Assembly (NCBI GenBank): GCA_002328835.1
Contig: DCWN01000043.1
Span: forward strand, 17,740 to 81,739
Source: Acidobacteria bacterium UBA2161
Lineage (GTDB): Bacteria; Acidobacteriota; Vicinamibacteria; Vicinamibacterales; UBA823
Length of the DNA stretch: 64,000 nt
Direction of reading: 5' to 3'
Shown here: piece after piece, positions 38,524 through 46,978 of the stretch
How positions within the stretch are numbered: position 1 is the first letter of the stretch
Layout: each line of letters begins with the position of its first letter
Notes under the pieces: model-generated
The model's input: the letters and a program-made list of their open reading frames with translations, nothing else
Database searches by the model: none
Told to the model about the DNA's origin: nothing
Position numbers and translations under genes: made by a program

Positions 38524-38711
38524 GGCGCGAGGGTGGGTGTTGCGGTAGTCGATCCCTTCTTAGGGAGGCGGCCGCCCAGGCCTTCGACCGCCAGGACGGA
38601 TTCCGTGCAGGCACGGTCGGTCGACCCATGGCTCACACCTTGGAAACCCCTGAGATCGGTCTGTTAGACGGCCGCCGACGGGATCGACGGCGCAATGCCC
38701 AGCCTCGCGCC
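38524..38711. repeat. ~185-nt palindromic (long-hairpin) repeat, copy B (inverted relative to copy A)
   Basis: The reverse complement aligns with 13982..14166. Identical 34-mer at 38669-38702, central block at 38620-38638, 3' block at 38540-38576. Terminal arms 38524-38539/38697-38711 are complementary. Confidence 0.85.
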
Positions 38712-38729
38712 GGGGGGGAGGGACGCTAG

Positions 38730-39668
38730 TTACTGAAGGATCGAAACCAGTGCGTGGTTGATTGTCGAGAAGCGGAAGTTGAAGCCGAGTGCGAGTGCCC
38801 TCGACGGCAGCACCCGCTGCCCGCCCAGCAGGAGCGCGTCGGCGAGTTCGCCCAGGGCGAGGCGCAGGGCGAACGGCGGTGCGGGCAGGAAGCTCGGCCG
38901 CCCGAGCGCATGGCCGAGGGCCTTCGAGAACTCCAGATTCGTCACCGGCGCCGGTGCCGTCGCGTTGAGTACTCCCGTGGCGGTCGGGGTGGCCAGCACC
39001 CACCTCACGAGATCCACCCAGTCGGCGCGATGAATCCAGGAGATATACTGCCGGCCCGAGCCGAGCGGTCCGCCCACGAACAACCTGAACGGCACCACCA
39101 TGCGTTCCAGCGGGCCGCCGTTGCGGTCGAGCGCGACACCTCCGCGCAGGATGACCAGCCGGTCGATGCTGGCCTCCAGCTCGCGCGCGGCCGTTTCCCA
39201 GTCGACGCAGCTTGCCGCGAGAAAATCGTCGCCGGGCGACGAGGCTTCGTCCAGTTCTTGATCGCCCCGATTACCGTAGTAGCCGACGGCCGAGGCGTTG
39301 ACGAGCGTTGGCGGCGGATTCGCCGCCGCCCGAATGGCGCCGACGACCGACTGGGTCGCGAGTACGCGGGAATCGCGGATACGCGCCTTCTGCGCGGTCG
39401 ACCACCGGCGCGCGGCGATCGATTCGCCCGTCAAGTTGACCACCGCGTCGGCTCCGTCGACGACCGCCGCCCACCGTCCGACGCCGTCCGTTCCGTCCGG
39501 CCGCCAGCCGGCGTTGGACAAGCCCGGCAGACCGGTGCCCGCCTCGTGGACGACCACACCAGGCTCGAGCGCTCGTGTCAGGACGACGACTTCATGGCCG
39601 TCCTGCAGCAGCGCATCGGCCAGCGCGCGTCCGAGGAATCCCGAGCCGCCGGGGATGACGACTTTCAT
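38730..39668 (-). CDS. YfcH-like epimerase-family SDR (NAD-binding domain + DUF1731)
   Basis: MKVVIPGGSGFLGRAL... ; ...GPLGSGRQYISWIHRADWV...LPSRALALGFNFRF are typical of the YfcH/SDR39U1 family. Confidence 0.85.
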   Translation of the reverse strand: MKVVIPGGSGFLGRALADALLQDGHEVVVLTRALEPGVVVHEAGTGLPGLSNAGWRPDGTDGVGRWAAVVDGADAVVNLTGESIAARRWSTAQKARIRDSRVLATQSVVGAIRAAANPPPTLVNASAVGYYGNRGDQELDEASSPGDDFLAASCVDWETAARELEASIDRLVILRGGVALDRNGGPLERMVVPFRLFVGGPLGSGRQYISWIHRADWVDLVRWVLATPTATGVLNATAPAPVTNLEFSKALGHALGRPSFLPAPPFALRLALGELADALLLGGQRVLPSRALALGFNFRFSTINHALVSILQ

Positions 39669-39748
39669 CAGCGTGCCTGTCTCGAATGGGTCGACCGTGC
39701 CCCGTCAGGGCGGGTCACTCTCTTGGACGAGGCCGGACCGACCGATGT

Positions 39749-40300
39749 TCAGCGACCGGGGCCCAGGCTCTCGGGGAACCAGTACTCGCCCGGGACGGAG
39801 CCCATGATCCCTTCGTAGAAAATCGTGACCGGCTCGTTGAAGTCTATCGCGCCTTCGAACGCGATGAGGGCTTCGGCCGTCAACGGCGGCCTGCCGTCGA
39901 GCACGGTCGTCGGCGAGTCCAGCGCAAGGCTGCCCGCCAGATCGTACCGCCGAGTCTCCTGAATCATATAGATCCGCTCGAGGCGGAAGAGGTGCAGCGC
40001 CGGACCCTCGGTGCCGATCCAGAAAAGGTGGCGCTCCTGCGCTCCGCTCAGTTCGGTGGACGCCGTGTCGAACAGCGTGGTACCAAGCGTGCATCGCCCG
40101 AGTGACGCTGGCGTGACGTAGACGAACCACATCCGCAGCCCCGCCATGTCCGGGTCGCTGATCGTGATGTCGAGAAGGCTCTCATTGGCGCGCAGGTCGT
40201 CCCATGTCGGACACTGCGCGGCCGCCGGGCTTGGCATCAGGAGGGCGACCGCCAGGAGACCGATCGCCAGGCGCCGAGCGGCGGGGACGGGCAAAGTCAC
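39749..40300 (-). CDS. Secreted protein, unknown function
   Basis: GTG start overlapping the upstream TGA (GTGA). Signal peptide LLMPSPAAAQ. 183 aa. No recognisable domain. Confidence 0.6.
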   Translation of the reverse strand: MTLPVPAARRLAIGLLAVALLMPSPAAAQCPTWDDLRANESLLDITISDPDMAGLRMWFVYVTPASLGRCTLGTTLFDTASTELSGAQERHLFWIGTEGPALHLFRLERIYMIQETRRYDLAGSLALDSPTTVLDGRPPLTAEALIAFEGAIDFNEPVTIFYEGIMGSVPGEYWFPESLGPGR

Positions 40301-40845
40301 GGCCGATCGTTCTCGGCGTTCGCGAGATGTTCCCGGGCCACCCGGCGCGCCGCCTTCCGGACGACGCGTGTCGCGCTCGACACCGTGATCGTGGCGGTCG
40401 TCACGCCGTCGACGTCCTCGCCGACCCGGAACCGGTCGAGAATGCTCTTACCGACGAACTGATCCGCAAACTTGGGTAGCTCGATCGAGAAGTACCCGTA
40501 GGGCTCCCGGTGTGCGATCAGATCGACCCCGCGCAGCCTGCCGGCCGTGTCCATGCCGACCAGCATTTCGATCGGGCCTTCGTATCCGCGTTCGAGCGGT
40601 TCGACGTCGATTGTCGAGAAGACGAACCCGATCAGCGTCTCGTCATCCGTGTACACCTTGATGTGTGCGGGCGTGCCGGTCTTGCCGGAGAAGCGGGCGG
40701 CCTCGGGGAAGAGCGTGTTCAGGTGGGGCTCGAGTCCGCGGATCGACGACTGCATCCAGGCGTCGACACGGATGATCGCCGCGAGCAGGAGAGCGACCGT
40801 GATCCAACGGCGCACGAGCCGCGTTTCCGCGGGTGTCCAGGTCAT
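40297..40845 (-). CDS. Membrane-anchored FMN-binding-domain protein (NosR/NqrC/RnfG-type FMN_bind)
   Basis: Start MTWTPAETRLVRRWITVALLLAAII (ATG comp. 40843-40845). C-terminal ..VDGVTTATITVSSATRVV resembles the flavinylation motif D-G-x-(S/T)-G-A-T, with T in place of G. Confidence 0.7.
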   Translation of the reverse strand: MTWTPAETRLVRRWITVALLLAAIIRVDAWMQSSIRGLEPHLNTLFPEAARFSGKTGTPAHIKVYTDDETLIGFVFSTIDVEPLERGYEGPIEMLVGMDTAGRLRGVDLIAHREPYGYFSIELPKFADQFVGKSILDRFRVGEDVDGVTTATITVSSATRVVRKAARRVAREHLANAENDRP

Positions 40846-40883
40846 GTGGGGCCTGGGAATCGTACCAGATCGGGGCGGACGCG

Positions 40884-43196
40884 TCACCGTGACGAGGAGA
40901 TCATCGAGTCGAGCGGGACAATGTAGCTGGCAGCCGTTCGCCAGGTGACCCGATCCCGTGCGAGCCATGGCGGCAGCCCGCCGGCCGGGCTGCCGGGTAG
41001 TGTGGGCGTTTCGACGATCGCCACTCCATGCGAAATCGCCGCGACGGCGCCGGCAGGGATCACGGCGTCGAACGTTGCGCCCGTGGCCGACACTGCCAGC
41101 CGCGTGGCGCTCCACGCGTCATTGCGTCCGCTCGTGCCAGGCCAGTTGGCGCTGAGGGGCGTGACTCCAGGTGGCAGGACGATCCGGAGCGAGGTGGCCT
41201 CGAGCGACGGGATCACCGTGACGCGCAGGCGCGAGCCGGCGGCGACCAGGTTCAGCGACGCCGAGATCGACGCCGGCAGCGGATGACCGCCGGGATCCAG
41301 AGCCTGGTAGACGAACGGTTGCGCGAGCCGGCCTGTGGGAGCCGTGAGTCCAGGGTACGCATCGCTCGCCACCGTCCAGTCCAACGGTGAGTCACTGACG
41401 GCGTCGACGATCGTCGGCTCGTTCGCGCCGACCTCCCAGGTCCCCGATCTGTCGCGCTCCAGCTGAACGTAGCGTGCTGCCGCCCGTAGCGGCCGATCGG
41501 CGGAGTACGCGGGCGCGAGGTACGCTGCCGCGAAGGCCGTCGCGGCGGCGATGGCCACGGCGCCGGCCACCTTCGAGCGTCGCGGCCATCGGCGCTCATA
41601 GGGCGCGAGGCCGGCGAGCGGCGGGATCGCGGTCACCCCGACCAGCGCGACGTACGCCGGCAGGATCCAGACGGGCGTCACGATCGGCTGTCGGCCCAGG
41701 ACTGTTACGAGAAACCCGAGGAGCAGCCAGGCATCCTGCGCCCAGATCGCCGCGACCATCAGGGCCACGGCCGCCGACGCCATCCGACCCGACCCGGCGG
41801 TCCAGCGTGGGACAGCCATCAGCACCGCGCCGGCGCCGAGGAGCGGCACCGTCCAGAGGAACGCGGCCGCCGGCGCGGCCCACTCGGTCAGGCCCGCCAG
41901 TGCGACCCAGCAGGGGAGCGCGATCGACCAGACCACCAGCGGGTGCGACGAGGCCTCCAGGCGGAGCCTGGCCGCCAGGGCGGCCAGGCCGCAAGCCACG
42001 ACTGTGGCGGCGGCGAGCATCGCCGCCACCAGGAATGCCGGATGCGCGTACCACGGGTGAAGGACGTCCCGGACGCCGCGGAGGGTCCACGCCACCACGA
42101 CCATCGCCCCGACGATTCCCACGGCGCCGAGCGCGGCCCACCCGGCAGCAAGCCCTAGCCGTGTGAGACCCACGAGTCGCGTCGCCTGCACGACGACCCG
42201 CCACCAGGCCGCGGCGCCGAGGAGAAGGGCGAGGAGGGCAACGAGGCGTCCACTCGAGTCGCCATAGGCCACCGCGAAGACCCCGGCTAGATCGAAGTAG
42301 CGCGTCGCCGTCGGTGGCGGGCCGGTCCAGTCCGTTCGGTCGAGCGCGCGCAGCGTCGCGACGACGTTTGCGCCGGTGCGGCGCAGCGTCCGGTCGGCGA
42401 TGCGGTCCGCCGTGTCTCGGTCCGTGTGGTAGGCGTAGCTGTTCCCGACCAGCGCGAAATTGAGGCCGGGAATACCGGCGCGGCGGAAGACCGAGAAGTC
42501 GGTGTCGCGCGGGAGCCGTCGATAGATCTCGAGGGCGAACGAGGCACCGCGCGGCGCCGGTGCCGCCCGCGCCCAGGTTCGCAACGGCCCACCGTGTTCC
42601 GGACCGGTTTCGAAGAGGAACGCCGGCCCGGCGGTGCCGATCGACTCCAGGTTGACGTAGGTCCGCAGGTGTTCCGCCACGTCCGGGTCGTCAAGGAGCG
42701 CGTGAGCGCCAAGCAATCCGGCCTCTTCGCCGTCGGTCAGCAGAACCATGACGGTGTGCCGCCTGCCGGTCTCGGCCGCGAGCGTCCGCCCGGCCTCGAC
42801 TGCCAGCGCCGCGCCGAAGGCATTGTCGCCCGCGCCGGGCCCGGCTGCCACGGAGTCGTAGTGCGCCACGAGGCCAAGCGCATCCGGGATCGCGCCCGGA
42901 GCGACGGCGATGATGTTTGCGACCGATGCCGTTAGGCCGACGGCTGGCAGACGGACCTGGGCTTGCTGCACGCGGACGTCGAAGCCTGCTTGCTCCAACT
43001 CGTCGACCAGGTAGCGTCGAGCGGCGGCGTTCGCGTTCGACCCGAGCGGCCGGCTGCCGATCGTGTCGGCCAGCATCGCCACATGCGCCCGGGCACGTGA
43101 GAGGGAAACGCCATTGTCAACGGCCGCGCATCCGGCGGCGCCGGCGACGACGTCGACGACGACCAGCACGACGAGCGAGCGCGCCCAGCGCGGCAT
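40884..43196 (-). CDS. Polytopic membrane M28-family metallopeptidase
   Basis: N-terminal M28 domain (VAHYDSVAAGPGAGDNAFG, LLTDGEEAGLLGA, YVNLESIG), followed by ~8-9 TM helices and a C-terminal soluble domain. 770 aa. Confidence 0.85.
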   Translation of the reverse strand: MPRWARSLVVLVVVDVVAGAAGCAAVDNGVSLSRARAHVAMLADTIGSRPLGSNANAAARRYLVDELEQAGFDVRVQQAQVRLPAVGLTASVANIIAVAPGAIPDALGLVAHYDSVAAGPGAGDNAFGAALAVEAGRTLAAETGRRHTVMVLLTDGEEAGLLGAHALLDDPDVAEHLRTYVNLESIGTAGPAFLFETGPEHGGPLRTWARAAPAPRGASFALEIYRRLPRDTDFSVFRRAGIPGLNFALVGNSYAYHTDRDTADRIADRTLRRTGANVVATLRALDRTDWTGPPPTATRYFDLAGVFAVAYGDSSGRLVALLALLLGAAAWWRVVVQATRLVGLTRLGLAAGWAALGAVGIVGAMVVVAWTLRGVRDVLHPWYAHPAFLVAAMLAAATVVACGLAALAARLRLEASSHPLVVWSIALPCWVALAGLTEWAAPAAAFLWTVPLLGAGAVLMAVPRWTAGSGRMASAAVALMVAAIWAQDAWLLLGFLVTVLGRQPIVTPVWILPAYVALVGVTAIPPLAGLAPYERRWPRRSKVAGAVAIAAATAFAAAYLAPAYSADRPLRAAARYVQLERDRSGTWEVGANEPTIVDAVSDSPLDWTVASDAYPGLTAPTGRLAQPFVYQALDPGGHPLPASISASLNLVAAGSRLRVTVIPSLEATSLRIVLPPGVTPLSANWPGTSGRNDAWSATRLAVSATGATFDAVIPAGAVAAISHGVAIVETPTLPGSPAGGLPPWLARDRVTWRTAASYIVPLDSMISSSR

Positions 43197-43241
43197 GCCG
43201 AGAGCGTATCGGAACTGTTCGGGTGGTGGAAGGTTAGGCGG

Positions 43242-43407
43242 CTAGCGGCCCGTGGTGAAGGTGCCGCTGCATTCGACCGCCGATGCATCCCGCCCTGCGG
43301 CGTTGCTCAGTGGTCGAATACTCCCGGTATGCTCCCGCTTCGCGTCTTGCAGGGCGGGCGCCTCGACGGTCTCGGTGCCACTCGGCACTTTCACCACGGA
43401 CCGCTAG
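43242..43407. mobile_element. MITE-like non-autonomous element, full-length copy (166 bp) with 25-nt terminal inverted repeats
   Basis: Left TIR CTAGCGGCCCGTGGTGAAGGTGCCG (43242-43266). Right TIR CGGCACTTTCACCACGGACCGCTAG (43384-43407; 1 nt shorter than the left arm as delimited). The internal core is itself self-complementary (CCCGCCCTGC/GCAGGGCGGG). No ORF. The right-hand CTAG supplies the TAG stop of the gene 43404..44060. Confidence 0.8.
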
Positions 43408-44060
43408 CGGCGGAGTGTGACGTCGCCGCTGAAGGTCTTGAAGCGCAGCTTTCTCCGATGCTGGGTTCGGCCGGTGTCATTCAGCACAGCTGCGAGGCGC
43501 CGACGGTTGCGGTGCCGGAAGATCAGCGGCTCGTCGCTCGACAGCCGCCCGGACTCCGACCGGAACTCGACATCCGCGGCGGCCGAGTCGGACAGCCGGA
43601 TCTCGACGTTGCCGCTGAACGTGCCGACATCATGATCGCCTCGCACCCGCTCGATGGCGACCGGGCTGCTGAAGACCCGCACTGCCAGGTCGGTGTCGCG
43701 CGGCACTTCGATCTCGAAGTCCGTCTCGACGACGTCCCCCTTGTCAGAACGGAACCAGTCTCGCCATGTGCGCCGTAACTGGTTGGCGACGATCTCGATG
43801 ACCGCGCGCGACTCCCTGATCTCGAGCTTGACCCTCGACAGCAGATCGTGCGGCGCCCGCCGCACGGCCCGGATCACCACTTCGTCGCGGTCGGTGCCCG
43901 TGATCCGGACATGACCGGAAAAAGTCCTCAGTTCAACTCGTCCGCCGTCGCCAAACGGAATGACACGATCGATCCGTTCGGTCGTCTGGGCGGCGAGGCC
44001 GCCACCGGCCACGACCAGACCGAACAGCGCGACGATCAAAAGACGAAGACCGCGTCCCAT
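43404..44060 (-). CDS. DUF4097-like beta-strand repeat protein (putative adhesin fold), secreted/anchored
   Basis: Start MGRGLRLLIVALFGLVVAGGG (ATG comp. 44058-44060). Repeated ..FSGHVRITG.., ..FSGNVEIRL.., ..FSGDVTLRR units. Confidence 0.7.
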   Translation of the reverse strand: MGRGLRLLIVALFGLVVAGGGLAAQTTERIDRVIPFGDGGRVELRTFSGHVRITGTDRDEVVIRAVRRAPHDLLSRVKLEIRESRAVIEIVANQLRRTWRDWFRSDKGDVVETDFEIEVPRDTDLAVRVFSSPVAIERVRGDHDVGTFSGNVEIRLSDSAAADVEFRSESGRLSSDEPLIFRHRNRRRLAAVLNDTGRTQHRRKLRFKTFSGDVTLRR

Positions 44061-44218
44061 CTCCACGAGACATAGACGGAGAACCGTGCGGCAAAGTTGC
44101 GGCGATGCCCGCCGCCTCGGGGCGAGCATGGCGAGCATGACGGGTGATGATGGCGGAAGCGCCGGACTCCGAGTAGGCTAGCTGGCGGTCCGGAACCCCG
44201 CGAGAGGACGAAAGGATT

Positions 44219-45874
44219 ATGCAGATGCGACTGATGGACAGCGGTGACCCGGCGCGAACGAGGTCGCGGCGTGCACCGGCGGCGACCGCGCTCGTGGCCA
44301 CGGCGCTGCTGACTTGGCCGGTGACGGCCGCGGCCGAGCAGCGATTCGAGGTGTCGTTTCCTACCGCGGCCCACGCCGAGCCGGTGACCGGGCGGATCTA
44401 CGTCATGATCTCGCGGACGAACGAGCGCGAGCCCAGGTTGCAGATCGGACGCACCGGGGTGCCGTTCTTCGGCCGCGACGTCCAGGCGCTGGCGCCGGGC
44501 GAGGCGGGGATCATCGACGCGACCGATCTCGGCTCGCCGGTGGCCAGCCTGCGCGACATCCCGGCGGGGGACTACTTCGTCCAGGCGTTCGTCAATATCT
44601 ATTCGGAGTTCCGACGCGCCGACGGCCACGTCGTCTGGATGCACGACGACCAGTGGGAAGGGCAGCACTGGAACCGCTCGCCCGGGAACCTGCACAGCCC
44701 CGTCGGGCGGATCCGCCTGGATCCCGAAGCGGACGGCGTCATCGCGCTCAGCGCCAGCGAGGTTATCCCGCCGGTCGACGTGCCGCCGGACACCGAGTGG
44801 GTGCGGCGTTTCAAGTTCCAGAGTTCGTTGCTCACCGAGTTCTGGGGACGGCCGGTGTATCTCGGGGCGACCGTGCTGCTGCCGCGCGACTACGATAGCT
44901 CGACGATCAGCTATCCGGTGAACTACATCCAGGGACACTTCTCGCTGGGCGCGCCGAACCGGTTCGAGGTCGGCGCCGATCTCTACCGCGAGTGGATCCG
45001 CGATGAGTTCCCCCGAATGATCCTGGTGACGTTTCAACATCCGAATCCGTACTTTGACGACTCCTATGCCGTGAACTCCGTGAATCTCGGGCCCTACGGC
45101 GACGCAATCATGCAGGAGCTGATTCCCGAGGTCGAACGGCGCTATCGTGTCATCGCCGAGCCCTACGCGCGCGTCCTCTCCGGCGGATCGACCGGCGGCT
45201 GGGAGTCACTGGCGCTGCAGATCTTCCATCCCGACTTCTTCGGCGGCACCTGGTCGTACTGTCCCGACCCGGTGACGTTCACCGACGTCGAAGGGATCAA
45301 CGCCTACGAGGACGTGAACGCTTTCTACAAGCAGCACGAGTGGCGGCGCGTTCCGATTTCCAATACCCGGGAGGTCACGGGCGAGGTTCGCCTGACGTCC
45401 CGCCAGCGCAACTACTTCGAGCTGGTCAGTGGGACGAAAGGCCGATCGGGGCAGCAACTGGACATCTGGTCGGCCGTGTATGGCCCCCTCGGCGACGACG
45501 GCTACTTCGAGCCGTTGTTCGACAAACGCACGGGCGAGATGGATCCCGAGGTGGCCGCGTACTGGCGGGACAACTATGACTTGCTGGACTACCTGCGCCG
45601 GAATTGGACCGAGGTGGGCCCGAAACTCGTCGACAAGTTGCGCGTCTACACCGGCACGATGGACAATTTCTATCTGAACAACTCGACACGCGAACTCGAG
45701 CAGTGGATGAAGACGACCGAGAACCCGCACTACGAGGGATTCTTCATGTACGGCGACGGCAAGGGGCACTGCTTCAGCGGTCCGGTGAGCCGGGCGGAGC
45801 GCCTGCGCGAGATGGCCCAGTTCATCATGACGAAGAAGCCCGAGGGCGCGACGACGCCGTGGTGGAGTTACTGA
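44219..45874 (+). CDS. Secreted esterase-family alpha/beta hydrolase (enterochelin-esterase-like)
   Basis: Arg-rich signal (TRSRRAPAATALVATALL). GGSTGGWESL nucleophile region. 551 aa. Confidence 0.75.
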   Translation: MQMRLMDSGDPARTRSRRAPAATALVATALLTWPVTAAAEQRFEVSFPTAAHAEPVTGRIYVMISRTNEREPRLQIGRTGVPFFGRDVQALAPGEAGIIDATDLGSPVASLRDIPAGDYFVQAFVNIYSEFRRADGHVVWMHDDQWEGQHWNRSPGNLHSPVGRIRLDPEADGVIALSASEVIPPVDVPPDTEWVRRFKFQSSLLTEFWGRPVYLGATVLLPRDYDSSTISYPVNYIQGHFSLGAPNRFEVGADLYREWIRDEFPRMILVTFQHPNPYFDDSYAVNSVNLGPYGDAIMQELIPEVERRYRVIAEPYARVLSGGSTGGWESLALQIFHPDFFGGTWSYCPDPVTFTDVEGINAYEDVNAFYKQHEWRRVPISNTREVTGEVRLTSRQRNYFELVSGTKGRSGQQLDIWSAVYGPLGDDGYFEPLFDKRTGEMDPEVAAYWRDNYDLLDYLRRNWTEVGPKLVDKLRVYTGTMDNFYLNNSTRELEQWMKTTENPHYEGFFMYGDGKGHCFSGPVSRAERLREMAQFIMTKKPEGATTPWWSY

Positions 45875-46112
45875 AGAACTCCCGCCGGAGTTCCCCTGAG
45901 GCGCCTCCGGCCGCCCCTATCTCAAACATTGTCAACAGCGTTTCAGTAAAGTATATTGTTCGCCAAATTCCGCTTCCGGTCGTCGGGCTGTCGGGCTCAT
46001 GAGCTGCCACTGGCGTAGCGGCGCGTCGATGTCGCTGTGCCAATAGCACGTCCGGAGAATTAATCGGGAAGCCTGAGCCGGCCTCCAATGGCCGCACGGG
46101 GATAGACCAGTA

Positions 46113-46949
46113 ATGAGCGAAACTCGTGATACCCGCCTGCCTTTTTCACTCGAGCCGGTTCTGGTCGGGCTCCTGTTCGGATCCATCGGCCTGTTCGGCG
46201 TCATCTACGGCATCGGCGAGTGGGCGCCCGAGCTGGCCTCGCGCCACGGTGCTGGCATCGACGCGATGATGACCTATCTCATGGTCACGACCGGCGCGAT
46301 GTTTCTGATCGGTCACCTGGCGATGGCCCTGTTCATCTGGCAGGGCAGCCGGCGGACGCGGATCTCGCACCGGCTGGCGTCGCCACGGTTCGAGAAGCGA
46401 CTGTCGATCGCGCTGGGCGTGCTGATGGCCGTCGTTGCAGAGGGTGGCGTCGTCGCGATCGGCCTGCCGGTCTGGAACGAGTACTTCATGGCCGAGGCGC
46501 CGCCCGACGCGGTGACGGTCGAGGTCGTCGGTCAGCAGTTCTTCTGGAACGTGAGATATCCCGGCGCCGACGGTGAGTTCGGTGCGACTGACATCCAGTT
46601 GATGGACGATGTGGTGAATCCGATCGGCCTCGACAGAAGCGATCCGGCCGCCGTTGACGACATCGTCTGGTTGAACGAGATCTACGTCCCGGTCAACCGC
46701 CCGGTCAGAGTGGTGCTGCGGTCGAAGGATATGATCCATAGTTTCTTTCTGCCGCATCTCCGCGTGAAGCAGGATGTCATTCCGGGGATGGTGCCGGAGT
46801 TGGTGTTCGTGCCGACGCGGGAAGGCACGTTCGAGCTCGCGTGTGCCGAGTTATGCGGGCTCGGACATTACCGGATGCAAGGGTTCTTCCACGTGGTCTC
46901 CGACGCGGAGTTCACCAGCCAGCTCGAGAGGCTGGCGAGCGAACAGTAG
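46113..46949 (+). CDS. Heme-copper oxidase subunit II (CuA; no fused cytochrome c domain)
   Basis: Two N-terminal TM. HSFFLPHLRVKQDVIPG and CAELCGLGHYRM CuA ligand pattern. Confidence 0.9.
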   Translation: MSETRDTRLPFSLEPVLVGLLFGSIGLFGVIYGIGEWAPELASRHGAGIDAMMTYLMVTTGAMFLIGHLAMALFIWQGSRRTRISHRLASPRFEKRLSIALGVLMAVVAEGGVVAIGLPVWNEYFMAEAPPDAVTVEVVGQQFFWNVRYPGADGEFGATDIQLMDDVVNPIGLDRSDPAAVDDIVWLNEIYVPVNRPVRVVLRSKDMIHSFFLPHLRVKQDVIPGMVPELVFVPTREGTFELACAELCGLGHYRMQGFFHVVSDAEFTSQLERLASEQ

Positions 46950-46978
46950 ACGGCCGACTGAGCCAGGCGGAGTCATAG

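Noticed and set aside
44171-44195. CTAGCTGGCGGTCCGGAACC upstream of the esterase gene as a fourth TIR copy.
   Set aside because: It needs an indel and matches only ~12 nt, with no partner arm. This is too weak to call without genome-wide statistics.
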